A stretch of 64,000 nucleotides of DNA from Octopus sinensis. Lineage: Eukaryota. A program made the translations under genes and the position numbers. Under the pieces are notes generated by a model that did not search any database, was not told the DNA's origin, and was given only the letters and a program-made list of their open reading frames with translations. Positions 1 through 11,640 of the stretch are shown here, in pieces. Where the stretch lies: positions 8,990,001-9,054,000 of the forward strand of contig NC_043009.1 in the NCBI RefSeq assembly GCF_006345805.1. Direction: 5' to 3'. The first letter of the stretch is position 1; each line of letters starts with the position of its first letter.

Positions 1-938
1 TATCTTGTACGTATGTGTATATGAGGCTGTTAAATGTGTGTGAGACCTTAATTTCTGTTTATGTGGAGTTGTGTGTGTGTGTGTGTGTGTGTGTGATGCT
101 ATTGAGTGCATGTATACTTATGTATGTGTTTGTGTGTATGTGTGTATAAGAGATGACCTGGAGCTTAAGCCAGTGGTCAGTGTTAAAAATCAAAGTTATG
201 GAAATGAATCCGGTTACGTTATGTGACTGTATCCTCTTTTCCTTCCTCCGAAAAGAATGAAGTGAGATGTCCCCAATGCAGGACACAATGTATGTGCGTG
301 TGTGTGTTTGTGCATGAGTTCATATTTCTTCTTTGTCTCTCCGTGTGTTCACTGACTGTAAACAAAACAACAGCCTCACTATCTGATACAGGCGGGGTTG
401 TATGCTTGCAGTCAACCGCAGAAAAAGCATGTCCTTGCTCTTTGACATGTCTTGGCCTGCTGTCTGATCTTTTTTAAACAAAAAAAGGCTCATCAATATG
501 TATGGGCTGTTTATTGGGATTATTACTTTGATTGATAACAGGGAGGGTTGGAAAATGGAAAGCTATCCAACTGGAACATCTCCTTCAGCGAATTCCATTT
601 GAGTTATGCAAGCTGGGGAAAAAGGGATGGTAAATGATGTATACACTCTTACAGAGTTAATAACTCTTTAGTTCTTTATTCGAAATTCCTTGAATCCTAA
701 ATATTTTCAAGGGTGCTGCTGCTATGTAAAAAGCACAGTGTTGGTGCCACAAACAAAGCACTGGTGTCTTTTAAAACACACTGGTGCTGCATTGGAAGCA
801 CTGGCATCACGTAACAAAAAAGAAAAAAAAACTGGTCCCATTTAAAAAGCACTGGTGTTACCTTAAAAGCACCCAGTACACTCTGTAAAGTAGTTGAGGA
901 GTATTTGAAGGATCTGGAACCCAACCTAGGGCCCCAGG

Positions 939-1090
939 TCTACGGCGTTCGCCACTGGAATAAGGAGTAGTTGGAGATCACACAGTCGTTAGCCTCAAAT
1001 TGCCAGGCCTGGTCGGCGTTTGTGAGAGACGCAGCATTGAGGATAAATGAAGCCAGCTCAACCCACCCCGGGTGAATGCTGTCAGAAGAA
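939..1090 (+). mobile_element. Degenerate LINE 3' end (RTE/Rex-like C-terminus)
   Basis: Translates as ...LASNCQAWSAFVRDAALRINEASSTHPG*, resembling the 'A..R..WR..V' C-terminal motif of RTE-type ORFs. Confidence 0.4.
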
Positions 1091-1111
1091 GAAAGAAAGA
1101 AGTAAAGTAGT

Positions 1112-1232
1112 TGGTGTTTGGAAGGGGATCCAGCTGTAAAAACCAAACTAAAGCAGACTATGGAACCTGGTGTAACCCCTGGCCTTGCCAGCTCTTGTCA
1201 AACTGTACATCCCATGCCAACATGGAAAATGG
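1112..1232 (+). mobile_element. Degenerate RTE-type 3' tail repeat
   Basis: Diverged match to the recurrent tail 'gaagggcatccagctgtagaaac...cccatgctagcatggaaa' seen at 15650-15794. Confidence 0.6.
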
Positions 1233-1261
1233 ACACACAAGCATATACATAAACACACATA

Positions 1262-1429
1262 TACGACGGGCTTCTTTCAGTTTCCGTCTACCAAATCCAC
1301 TCACAAGGCTTTGGTCGGCCCAAGGCTATAGTAGAAGACACTTGCTCAAGGTGCCACGCAGTTGGACTGAACCTGGAACCATGTGGTTCGTAAGCAAGCT
1401 ACTTACCACACAGCCACTCCTTGTGCCTA
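1262..1429 (-). mobile_element. tRNA-derived SINE family A, 5' half
   Basis: Minus strand reads taggcacaaggagtggctgtgtggtaagtagcttgc...ggttcagtccaactgcgtggcaccttgagcaagtgtcttc, matching the fuller copy at 20697-21094. Confidence 0.85.
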
Positions 1430-1430
1430 G

Positions 1431-1537
1431 AAAAATATGGAACGCTTCACGAATTTGCATGTCATCCTTGCGCTGTGGCCATGCTAATCTTCTCTGTATC
1501 ATTCCAATTTTAGAATATGTACCGCCGTAGCTAGTAC
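1431..1537 (-). pseudogene. U6: Full-length U6 snRNA copy, probably a retropseudogene
   Basis: Minus strand: GTACTAGCTACGGCGGTACATATTCTAAAATTGGAATGATACAGAGAAGATTAGCATGGCCACAGCGCAAGGATGACATGCAAATTCGTGAAGCGTTCCATATTTTT. ACAGAGA box, AGC triad and T5 end are present, with several substitutions. The upstream flank is a MITE fragment rather than a PSE/TATA promoter. Confidence 0.92.
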
Positions 1538-1640
1538 TCTTTAGCATTCAGATTTTGCTGTCAAATGTAATGCTTATTTATTATTAATGCATTACCTTTG
1601 TAGCTTTGAGATTTCAATGACGTGATTATTTATTTTTAGA
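1538..1640. mobile_element. Fragment of the TTAA-flanked MITE family
   Basis: 'ctttagcattcagattttgctgtcaaatgtaatgcttatttatt' is the reverse complement of the right end of the copy at 11811-12397. Confidence 0.7.
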
Positions 1641-1643
1641 GTT

Positions 1644-2045
1644 AAGGCGGCAAGCTGGCAGAATCGTTAGTGTATTGGACGAAATGCTTAGTGGTATTTC
1701 ATCTGCTGTTACGTTCTGAGTTCAAATTCCACCGAGATCAACTTTGCCTTTCATCATTTTGGGGTCGATTAAATAAGTACCAGTTATGCACTGGGGTCGA
1801 TGTAATCGACTTAATCTGTTTGTCCTTGTTTGTCCCTTCTGTGTTTAGCCCCTTGTGGGTAGTAAAGAAATAGGTATTTCGTCTGCCGCTACGTTCCGAG
1901 TTCAAATTCCGCCGAGGTCGACTTAGCCTTTCATCCTTTCGGGGTCGATAAATTAAGTACCAGTTACACACTGGGGTCGATGTAATTGACTTAATCCGTT
2001 TGTCTGTCTCTTCTGTGTTTAACCCCTTGTGGTTAGTAAAGAAAT
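1644..2045 (+). mobile_element. tRNA-derived SINE family B with tandemly duplicated ~180-bp body
   Basis: Head ggcggcaagctggcagaatcgttag, B-box-like gagttcaaattcc, and body 'gcctttcatc...ggggtcgat...taagtaccag' repeated with units starting near 1692 and 1872. Confidence 0.85.
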
Positions 2046-2989
2046 CATATATTTTTAGAGTTATATTGTAAGGTAAGTGTGAGAACTCAGATCTGTCTGG
2101 TTTGAAGATAAAATAGATTATTTTGTCTGGATATGGCTGGTTTAAATACAAAAGGGTTTAAATGTAATTGTCTGTATTTTATATAACCAACATCACACTT
2201 GTATTTGATGGTATACTTAAGAAATAACTGAAATATTTATTGCAATTTTTGTTTACTACTCTGAGTTGTCTAGAATGAAATAGCCAGAACTATGGATTAG
2301 TCACCTGTGTGTAGGCGTGTGGTTACTAAGTCTTGACAACCATCTATGACCTTGGTTTAGTACACTTTTGTTCTTATTATTTGTGACAAGTCAGTCTTGA
2401 TTGAGTAATGACCTACCTTTTGATTAAAGGTGTTCCAGAGATATTCAGGCACGGTGTATCTAGAACTACAGTATTTCAAAAAGTTTTTCCCCTTATTTTG
2501 AAGAGCAATACAATGTGTATGATGGGAGATTTGGCTGTTATTTCTAACAAATCGAAGAAACTATTCAATGTTCTTTTTCATTGACTCAAGGTACTATCTT
2601 TGTCTCGAATGGAGCCAGGCCAACAAAGGTGTCTGTCTGTATGCAATTGCTTGAAATGACACAAACCAAATCTCCCTCAAATCAAACCCTACTATTCTTT
2701 GTTTTTGTTTTTTTTTAAAAAGAATATAATTGAAAATGTAATCTTTATATACGAAAAGATGGGACTGTGACATTTGTAACCTCTTTGATCATCAAGCCAT
2801 GACAGCAGATGTGTGAATTTTTATAACTCTTCACCAAGCCATCTGCACATGCATTAAATTTAAAATGCTTGTACTCCAACCATGGACTGTGATATATTTA
2901 CATTATTGATACCAATACAAACCAGCTGTGCTTTTTGGAAGGTATTATATAGTCTTTTGTAAGTTGATGATTCGATCGATTGTTACACA

Positions 2990-3307
2990 GGAATGGCTTA
3001 GTGGTTAGGGCATTCGGCTCATGATCGTAAGGTCATGAGTTCAATTCCCAGCGATGTGTTGTGTCCTTCAGCAAGGCATTTTATTTCACGTTGCTCCAGT
3101 CCACTCAGCTGGCAAAAATGAGTAGTACCTGTATTCCAAAGGGCCGGCCTTGTCACATTTTGTGTTACGCTGAATCTCCCTGAGAACTACGTTGAGGGTA
3201 CACGTGTCTGTGGAGTGCTCAGCCACTTGCACGTCAATTTCACGAGCAAGCTGTTCTGTTGATTGTATCAGCCGGGACCCTCGTTGTCATAATTGACAGA
3301 GTGCTCC
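2990..3307 (+). mobile_element. tRNA-derived SINE with CORE-like central domain
   Basis: A box tggcttagtgg, B box gagttcaattc, then gtgtccttcagcaaggcat...ctccagtccactcagctggcaaaaatgagt (CORE-like). The 3' tail is shared with 25648-26035. Confidence 0.8.
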
Positions 3308-3433
3308 TCTCCCCTAAACACAGGAGTTCCACTGAGGTGCTCTCAGTAATGATGGATTTAATCATTAATTCTGAATGACTACAACATATATTTAACATAT
3401 CTTTTTTTTACATCCTGATGTGTGTGTGTGTGT

Positions 3434-3640
3434 ATCATCATCATCCTCATCATCAATATTTAACACCTGTTGTTATGCTGGCATGGAATGGACAGCTTGA
3501 CAGGAATTGTGAAGGCCAGGGGCTGCACCAAGTTCCATAGTTTGTTTTGGCTTGGATTCTATGACTGGATGCCCTCCCAATGCTAACAACTCCAGAGAAT
3601 GTACTGGGTGCTTTTTATGTGGCACCAGCACCAGTGCTTT
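3434..3640 (-). mobile_element. Old RTE-type 3' tail
   Basis: (CAT)n followed by a diverged reverse complement of the tail consensus. Confidence 0.65.
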
Positions 3641-3935
3641 AAATATGGCACCTTGATCTTAGGACCTCAATTCTGTTGTGGTGATTGGGTCTTCACAAGT
3701 ACATCTATGGGCCACATAGATCAGTCCTCCATCATCTCCTTCATAAAGTTCAATGTTTTGAGATTGGTCTTTCCTGGGTCTCGCTCTTCCACAACTGTAC
3801 ACACACACACACACACAGACACACATGAAGAGGATTCAGGTACAATCAAGTACTTGAAAAGGTATGCACCAGATAGGGTTGGGTAATCTCTGTGGTTCTG
3901 GCCTATGGTTGGTGAGTGTCAAAATAACAGATAGG

Positions 3936-4003
3936 ATGACATTGTGATTTTCTCTCACACACTGTCTTGCAAGACAGTGTGTGAGAGAAAATCACAATAT
4001 CAT
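3936..4003. repeat. 68-bp near-perfect palindrome with no loop
   Basis: Arms 3936-3969 and 3970-4003 are reverse complements with one mismatch. Confidence 0.95.
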
Positions 4004-4930
4004 AGGAGAGAAATGTGTCTGCATGGATGATGGTTCACTTGCATGGATGATGTTCCAAAGCAAGAGACCTGGAGATGCCACTATGAAAGGTTGCTAAATG
4101 AAGAGAATGAATGGGAAAAAGATAGTCTGCCAAATGTTGACCCCACAGAGGGACCAGCTATTTGAATTGACAGTAACTTGGTAGATAAAGCAATTAAGGG
4201 TATGAAGACAGGGAAAGCCCCCCTCCCCCGGCCCATCAGGAATCACTGCTGAGATGGTGTAGGCTATAGTCTTGTCACTCATATAGTTAACCAGGGGATA
4301 CATGAAGGAGTCATACCCAATGACTGGTGTGGCAGCTCCATAGTCAACTGCTACAAAGGTAAAGGTGACACATTAGATAGAAATAATTACAGAGGTATCA
4401 AATTGTTGGATTAGGTGATGAAAGTCACAGAGAGAGTCATAGCCCAACTAATTAGGGAGAAAGTCAGTTTAGATGAGATGCAGTTTGGGTTTGTGCCAGG
4501 GAGAAGCACCACTGATGCTATATTTCTGGTAAGACAGCTGAAGGAGAAATTCCTAGTCTAAGATAAGCCTCTGTACTTGGCTTTTGTTGACATGGTCCCC
4601 TGATCCCTTATCTGATGGTCAGTGCAGAAAGTAGAGATAGATGAGTGGTTGGTGAGAGCTGTACAAGCCATGTACAGGGATGGCAATGAGTATAGTGAAG
4701 AATTTTGGGTAGAAGTGGGGCGTTCACCAAGGTTCATTCCACAGTCCCTTCTTGTTCATTGTCGTCCTCCAGGCAATAACAGAGGAATTCAAGACTGGCT
4801 GCCCCTGGGAGCTCCTCGATGCTGATGACCTTGCTCTAATTGCTGAGTCACTACCAGAACTAGAGAAGAAGTGTCAGGTGTGGAAGCAAGGTCTAGAATT
4901 CAAGGGTCTTAGAGTTAACCTAGCAAAAAA
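3970..4930 (+). pseudogene. RTE-clade LINE reverse transcriptase fragment, disrupted
   Basis: Translates with stops and frameshifts to YKGKGD..DRNNYRGIKLL, EMQFGFVPGRSTTDAIFLVRQL, LYLAFVD and LLDADDLALIAES (YADD-equivalent). Confidence 0.92.
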
Positions 4931-5174
4931 ATCCCTTGCTATGAGATTGGTCTTTAATACTTTGTCCCATGTCACAGTCCACCTATCATGGTTTATTATT
5001 TAAGCTTGTGTTGATTCCTCCATGGTGTTGTTTAGCATTTATAATAAAATAAATACAAACAAATTATAGAAATAATAAAAGAAAAATATACAGTATAATA
5101 CTGTTGCTACTTCGCGGATTTTCACCTATTGCTGGGGTTTTTGGAACATAACATACATGATAGTCGAGGGATTA

Positions 5175-5204
<30 letters not shown>

Positions 5205-5205
<1 letters not shown>

Positions 5206-5592
5206 AATATTAGGGAGTATAACTCCAAACTTACAGGGAAAAATTCAATTTAGTATTAAATCAAATGTCACAATATAAATATATAATATATAAATTAGAA
5301 AAAAAACCCACTATTATGCAATTCAAACAATGATATACATAAACCAAATCATAAATAGTTATAAAATATATTTTTATAAAACATATAACTAGATCACAAA
5401 AAGTATAAAAATGAATAATCAATATATAATATAGTTATTATATATTTACTTATTATATATTAATTATTCATTTTTATACTTTTTGTGATCTAGTTATATG
5501 TTTTATAAAAATGTATTTTATTTTTTATTTATGATTTGGTTTATGTCTATCAATGTTTGAATTGCACAATAGTGGTTTTTACTCTAATTTAT
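5205..5592. mobile_element. AT-rich element containing a ~130-bp fold-back
   Basis: Inverted arms at about 5289-5419 and 5463-5592. The left end 'aacttacagggaaaaattcaatttag' recurs at about 16870. Confidence 0.7.
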
Positions 5593-5610
5593 ATATATAT
5601 ATATATATAT

Positions 5611-5822
5611 AAACAGAGGTGCAGCACAGAATTTTGTCAGTGAACAGGTTGCAGTCTCAAAGCGATGAAAATATTTTGGCAATTTAAATTTAAATGTTGA
5701 AGTGAATCTAACGGTTTTTGTGTGTTTCTTAAATGACTTATAAACACCTTGCACGCTGCAATTGTTTTCATTCCAGCATACGATCTCAGGTCAAGTCACT
5801 TGCCATGCAAGTACATCTCCGT
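5611..5822 (+). mobile_element. Short (TA)n-embedded element, Penelope-like pLTR-type, carrying a hammerhead variant
   Basis: Flanked by (TA)n on both sides; same family as 16527-16774 and 24950-25150. Confidence 0.65.
5633..5682 (+). ncRNA. Putative type I hammerhead ribozyme with G3:C8 core
   Basis: ttgtca-GTGAACA-g-GTTGC(agtctcaaa)GCGAT-GAAA-ATATT-T-tggcaa. Stems I and II pair, partly by G-U wobble, and stem III is a palindromic AAUAUU. Confidence 0.55.
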
Positions 5823-5884
5823 AATATATATATATATATATATATAATATATAAAATGTATGTTTATATGTTTGGGTATAGGAT

Positions 5885-6530
5885 GTATATGTGTAGCATA
5901 AATATGTTTGCTTCCCAACAACATGGCTCTGGGCTCAGTCCTACAGCACGGCACCTTGGACTAGTGTCTTCTACTATATCTGCAGACTGACCAAAGCCTT
6001 GTTGAATGTATTGATCTCAGTACTTTTTTTTTTTAATGCTGGTACTTACTTTATCAGTCTTCTTTGCTGAACTTCTAAGTTACGGGGACATAAACACACC
6101 AACACCACTTGTCAATCCGTGGTGGTGGTGTTGGTGAGGCGACAAACACAGACATAAAGACATACACACATAGATATGACAGGCTTCTTTCAGTTTCCAT
6201 CTATCAAATCCACTCAAGGCTTTGATCAGCCTGAAGCTATAGTAGAAACACTTGCTCAAGGTGACACGCTGTGGGTCTGAACCCTGAACCGTATATGTAT
6301 TATTGTATGTGTACATGTATGTGTGTAGTTGTGTTTATTACCCCCCTCCCCTCGTTTGACAACTGGTGTTGGTGTGTTTACGTCCCCGTAAACTAGCGGT
6401 TCAGCAAAAGAGATAGAATAAGTACCAGTTTAAAAAAAATAAAAGTACTCGAGTTTATTCATTCGACTAAAAATTCTTCATGACGGTGCCCCAGCATGGC
6501 CGCAGTCAGCTGACTGAAAAAGCAAAAGAT
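5885..6530. mobile_element. Cluster of SINE family A fragments in both orientations
   Basis: + strand head fragment at about 5890-6000, - strand fragment at about 6010-6290, + strand 3' part at about 6340-6530. Confidence 0.7.
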
Positions 6531-6552
6531 CAAAGATATGATGTATAGAAAC

Positions 6553-6584
<32 letters not shown>

Positions 6585-6624
6585 TGGCTAAACTGGCAAA
6601 ATGACCATTCCTAAATGCAACAAC

Positions 6625-6667
<43 letters not shown>

Positions 6668-6839
6668 TACACACACACAGAGGCATGTGTGTGTGTGTGT
6701 TGATATATCATTTTGCTTGATGCTGTTTAATCTCTTGCAGACGAGTGTCCCCCGTAATGTGTTGATGTAACATGCTTCAACTCGTCCAATCATTGGTACC
6801 GGGACACACATCCTTTATAATTCTTTTAGTTGTTGTTGT

Positions 6840-6881
<42 letters not shown>

Positions 6882-7017
6882 TGTCTCTTTTGTTTTACCT
6901 CATGATTTCTGAATTCTTGTTGTCTTTGTGTTCGGCAGAATCATCCAACCTTTCTTTCTCTTTTTTTTTTTTTTTTGTGGCTTTCGTTGCTCGTATGACT
7001 TCAGGTAATTAATCACA

Positions 7018-7460
7018 CTCACACACACATGTAAACAGGTACATACATACATACACACACACACATACATACATACATACATAATACATACATGCATACA
7101 TACACATACATACATAATACATACATACACACATACATACATACATACATACATACATACATACATACATACATACGCACATACATAATACATACATACG
7201 CACACACACATACATACATACGCACATACATACATACATACATACATACATACGCACACACACATAATACATACATACGCACATACATAATACATACACA
7301 CACACATACATACATACGCACATACATAATACATACACACACATACATAATACATAATACGTACATATATACATACATACATACATAATACATACATACA
7401 TACATACATCATACATCATACATACATAATACATACACGTGTAAACATGTACACACACAA
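7018..7460. repeat. Compound (CATA)n/(CA)n microsatellite
   Basis: Directly visible; it explains the MYVC/HTY-rich ORFs in the track. Confidence 0.97.
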
Positions 7461-7479
7461 TTCGCTCGCATTCTTTTGA

Positions 7480-8046
7480 AGTCCTTCCATACCAGTGAAT
7501 ACGTTATTCAACTCTCTCTCCCTCCCTCTCTCTCTCATCTTTCTCTCTCTCTCTACCAACTTTCTCCCTCTCTCTCTCTCTGTCATAGTCACTCACGCGC
7601 AAGCACATGCACACACACACACGCCGCATTCACTCAGAAGTAAAGAAAGAAAAAAATCGAACGTTCGGCAATCTTTCTCGTCCGATTAAGGGCAGAGTGG
7701 GTGATGTCCATCCATCTCGCTGCGCTGTAAATTATTTTCTTTTCTTCAATATCGTTTGACACTTTCGGTCTCAACTTTCAGCCGGGCTAAAATATTCAAC
7801 CTCGGGGCAAGGAAACTCGATACCAATCCGACAGTTATTGATTTTGCAGTACAGCAACAACCACTCAGGTTTATGATGGATAGTTCAAATAGGATACTGT
7901 CGTGTTTTATGCCTATCTTGATGGGGGCATTATCCACTTAAAGTAACCTGATATGGCTTCAACAAGGAATCGAAACCGTGTACCGACGAACTGTGTTCGC
8001 CGGGAACGTAGATCTTTACTCTGCAGCACTTGTTGCTTTTTATGGC
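7480..8046 (+). promoter_or_regulatory. Putative promoter, 5' UTR and first exon of the STIL-like gene
   Basis: Non-repetitive and CpG-rich relative to its flanks. It ends in ATG GC|GTATGT (ATG 8042-8044, donor 8047), whose phase 2 matches the 26230 exon to give MANEMKDLKFP. Confidence 0.45.
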
Positions 8047-8522
8047 GTATGTACCTTAAATTTTATTTCATTGCTTTAATCGTTTTATCCAAGGGTCATA
8101 AAAAAAGTACTAATATAAACGAGCGAAATCTTTATAGATAATGGTTAGTTGTTGTCTATATTTTAATTCATTACCCGTGGGAGTCATAATTAATTTCACT
8201 CGGGGGCACTCAATATTCGATGTAGATCACATACAAAATAAAAAAAAAAGAAAAGAAAACCAGCAACAAAGTTAATTGTGAAAAGAAAAAAAAATCGAAA
8301 TGATAAAAGCAATATTATTGTTTTCTTTCATGATTATCGTAATTTTGATTAGAATTTCTTTTTCAATTATGTAAGAAGTTGACCTTTGTAGATCTTGGAT
8401 CTCTGCCAAAATTTCATGTTGGATACCATTATAGTAATCTAACTAACCATAAATAAAAGCTACAGCTAACATTCCAACGCATTAAGGGCTTAGCTCTTTT
8501 CAGTAAGTTTTCTTTTAAATTC

Positions 8523-8577
<55 letters not shown>

Positions 8578-10427
8578 TTCGATTGATATTATTAATCATC
8601 TGCGCTGTGTCTTTGCACTGTGAGTACCCTTTTCTTATAACTGTGTCTCTTCTACCCTTTTCAGTTGCATGAAATCTCTTAATAATATCGATTTCTTTGC
8701 AACTAGTCACGAAGCCATTTCTCAGGGTAACAAACAATGCAAGTCAACTTAAATCGATACTCCCGTGTGATTTAATCTGTTAATGTTAACTGTTCAATTT
8801 AATGCCAAACTTTTTGTCCTCGCATTAATCAGTCACAGTATATTTACTGACATTTCCACTGAGAAATTTCGATACAAATTCTTTATTATCGAGTTATTGT
8901 CTAGTAACTCTATCCTGTGCTGTTCGAACGGGTCTATGATACACTGATAGATAATCGAACACCGAAAATGAAATTGCTTGGTGTTGGGATTCTCACGCTG
9001 ACAAATATCAGCACACCCTTAAAAATGGGGGTAATTTTTGATGCCCCCCTTTATTAACCAGTGAGGTATGAGGGAGATGGTCGGCCTAGGAAACGCTTTT
9101 ACTGGGTCGGTACTTTCGGGTTTGCTCTATAAGTCTGTATATGTTTGGAGATCTGTCGAGGGGAAACTCAAAGGTTGCCCCGGGCGCCACTCGTTCTAGG
9201 TTCACCCCTGCCCTTTATAAAAGAGAATATAAAATCGAATTTGCATCCATATAATTCTTTCTTTGTCGTGGTATTGATAAGTTTAAAAAGTTTAAAACCA
9301 TCTTAACTCTGTCAAACATAGCAATTTGTCTGCCTTCTTTTGAATTATCGTGGGGCTTTCCCATCCCATATGTGAAACAGTGGTTTAGTGGATGTGGTAT
9401 TAAATTTTCAGTTCAAAGATTTTGAGTTCAAATCCGCTCCAAACATTTCATTGTGTATTTAACTGGTACATTTAATTCTACTTCGTCTCAGTTCATCCAG
9501 CTGTTGAGAATAGATACCATGGGAATGTTACATGAGATAGACTGGCATTTTATCTAGGGTAGGATTATAATTTTTGTCTACTTAAATACGCAATGACAAG
9601 GTGAAGCAAAAGCCCCTAAAAACTAGTTTAGGTTTTAAAAGTATTTACATTTTAAATGAAAGACTTTGGTGTTACTCATAGCTGCAGCATAAATTGTAAG
9701 ACATGCAACAAGCTGCACTCTGTGCAGCTTGTCATATGTTCATCCAAATGAGGTTACCGGTTTTGAATAATGAAAGAATTCTGTTTTAAATTCTTAGCCT
9801 TAAAAATGGCAACTGATCAACTGATAGAGACTGTTATTTAAATTGGTTTTCAAATAGTTCCTCATTTCTATATTGTAATCTTTAGTTTTGATGAATAGAT
9901 TAGGAAATGATATTTACACCATAAGGTTGTGTAGTGTTAATTTATTTCAGCTTCTGTATTGAGTTTTTTTTTTGTAGGATACACTAGTTCTAGGATGTTT
10001 GAAAATGCATTGGGTTATTGGGGCATCACTGAAGATTTCATTTTTATTTTGTGGATCTAGATTGGGCATGGAGCAACATTTTTTGAAGGGGATGCATATG
10101 ACATGACTCATCAAGAGTAGAGCTGCACTACTAAAAGATTTAGCATAATTTTGCATTAGGCATGCCATTTGGAAAATCCTGTGGGCTGCAGATTGTCCAC
10201 AACAGGTCCAGAGCATTTTAGACTAGTCTGGTGGAGCCCTTTCCATCTCTAAGCTACTTTCCGAGTGTGATTTGAACTTGGCATGGCAGGTTAACACAAC
10301 TTTAGTTAATTAAGTAGTGTTGTTGCTGCTGCTAGCAGCAGTGAGTTATTCCACGTATATACAGCCATATGGACTGAGCTATATCAGTTAATTGTTCTGA
10401 CCATGGACACAAAACAGAGGCAGAAGT

Positions 10428-11640
10428 CATCATCACCATCATCGTTTAAGTCTGCTTTCCATGCTGGCATGGGTTGGATGGTTTGCCTGGGGACTGGCAA
10501 GCCAGGAGGCTGCACCAGGCTCTGATCTGATCTGGCAAAGTTTCTACAGCTGGATGCTCTTCCTAACGCCAACCTCTCTGAGAGTGTAGTTGGTGCTTTT
10601 TACATTCCACTGGCATGGGGGCCAGTTAGGCGGCACTGGCATCAACCATGTTCGAATGGTGTTTTTTATGTGCCACCGGCACGGGAGTCAGTCAAGCGGC
10701 ACAGGTACTGACCACACTCAAGTGGTGCTTCTTATGTGCCAGTCAGGCAGCACTGGCATTGGCCACAACTACGATTTCACTTGACTCAGTTGGTCTTTTC
10801 AAGCGTAGCATATTGTTCAATGATTGAAGGATACTTTTAAAAGGGCCAGTTATGCAACACTGGCATTGGCCACGGCTATGATCTCACTTGGCTTACCAGG
10901 TCTTCTCAAGCACAGCATATCTCCAAAGGTCTTGGTTGCTTGTCATTGCCTCTGTGAAGCCCAGCGTTCAAAGGTCATACTTCACCATCTCATCCCATGT
11001 CTTCCTGGGTTTACCTCTTTCACAGGTTCCCTCCACTGTTAAGGTGTTATACTTCTTCACACAGCTTTCTTCATCCATATGCAACACATGACGATACCAG
11101 AGCAGCTGGCTCTCTTGCACACCACAACTGATGCTTCTTATGTCCAACTTTTCTCTCAGGACACTTACATTCTGTCATGTACATACACTGATATTACACA
11201 TCTAGCAAAGCATACTGGCTTCATTTCTTTCAAGCCTATGCATGTCCTCAGCAGTCACAGCTTATGTTTCACTACAGTGTAGCATGTCTGTTCGCACACA
11301 TGCATCATACAGTCTACCTTTCATTCTGAGGGAGAGGCCCTTTGTTACCAGAGGAGGTAGGAGCTCTCTGAATTTTGCTCAGGCTATTCTTATTCTAGCA
11401 GTTATGTTCTCAGAGCATCCATGCCCGCTACTGACTTGGTCACCTAGGTAATGGAAGCTATCTACAGCTTCTAGTTTTTCCCCTTGGTATGTGATGGGAA
11501 CTGCTTTCTGTACATCTTTGGTGTTTATTGTCCCTGTGCATCTGCCACACACAAAAACTATCTTCCCAGTTAACCTTCCTTTGATATTGCTGCATCTCTT
11601 ATGAACCACCAAATCACCTGCTCATCTCTGCTGTTACTGT
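10428..11640 (-). mobile_element. 5'-truncated RTE LINE (ORF C-terminal relic plus 3' UTR and tail)
   Basis: ORF 11379-11612 (HKRCSNIKGRL...VDSFHYLGD...ARIRIA), then tail modules and (CAT)n at 10428. Confidence 0.88.

Noticed and set aside
150-290. Exon-like stretch ending RCPQCRT with a gtatgt donor (RING-like motif)
   Set aside because: All frames from the only nearby AG contain stops, and the CPxCR frame has a stop at 205 with no acceptor after it.
6900-7458. Long ORFs rich in MYVC or HTY
   Set aside because: Translations of microsatellite DNA.
7953-8141. ORF MASTRNRNRVPTNC... as an alternative first coding exon
   Set aside because: At the 8047 donor it is phase 1, incompatible with the phase-2 exon at 26230. 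It could be an upstream ORF, but nothing supports that.
9708-9732. 11-bp hairpin acaagctgcac/gtgcagcttgt; a similar 12-bp hairpin at 31459-31484
   Set aside because: Too short for a pre-miRNA and with no other supporting context.
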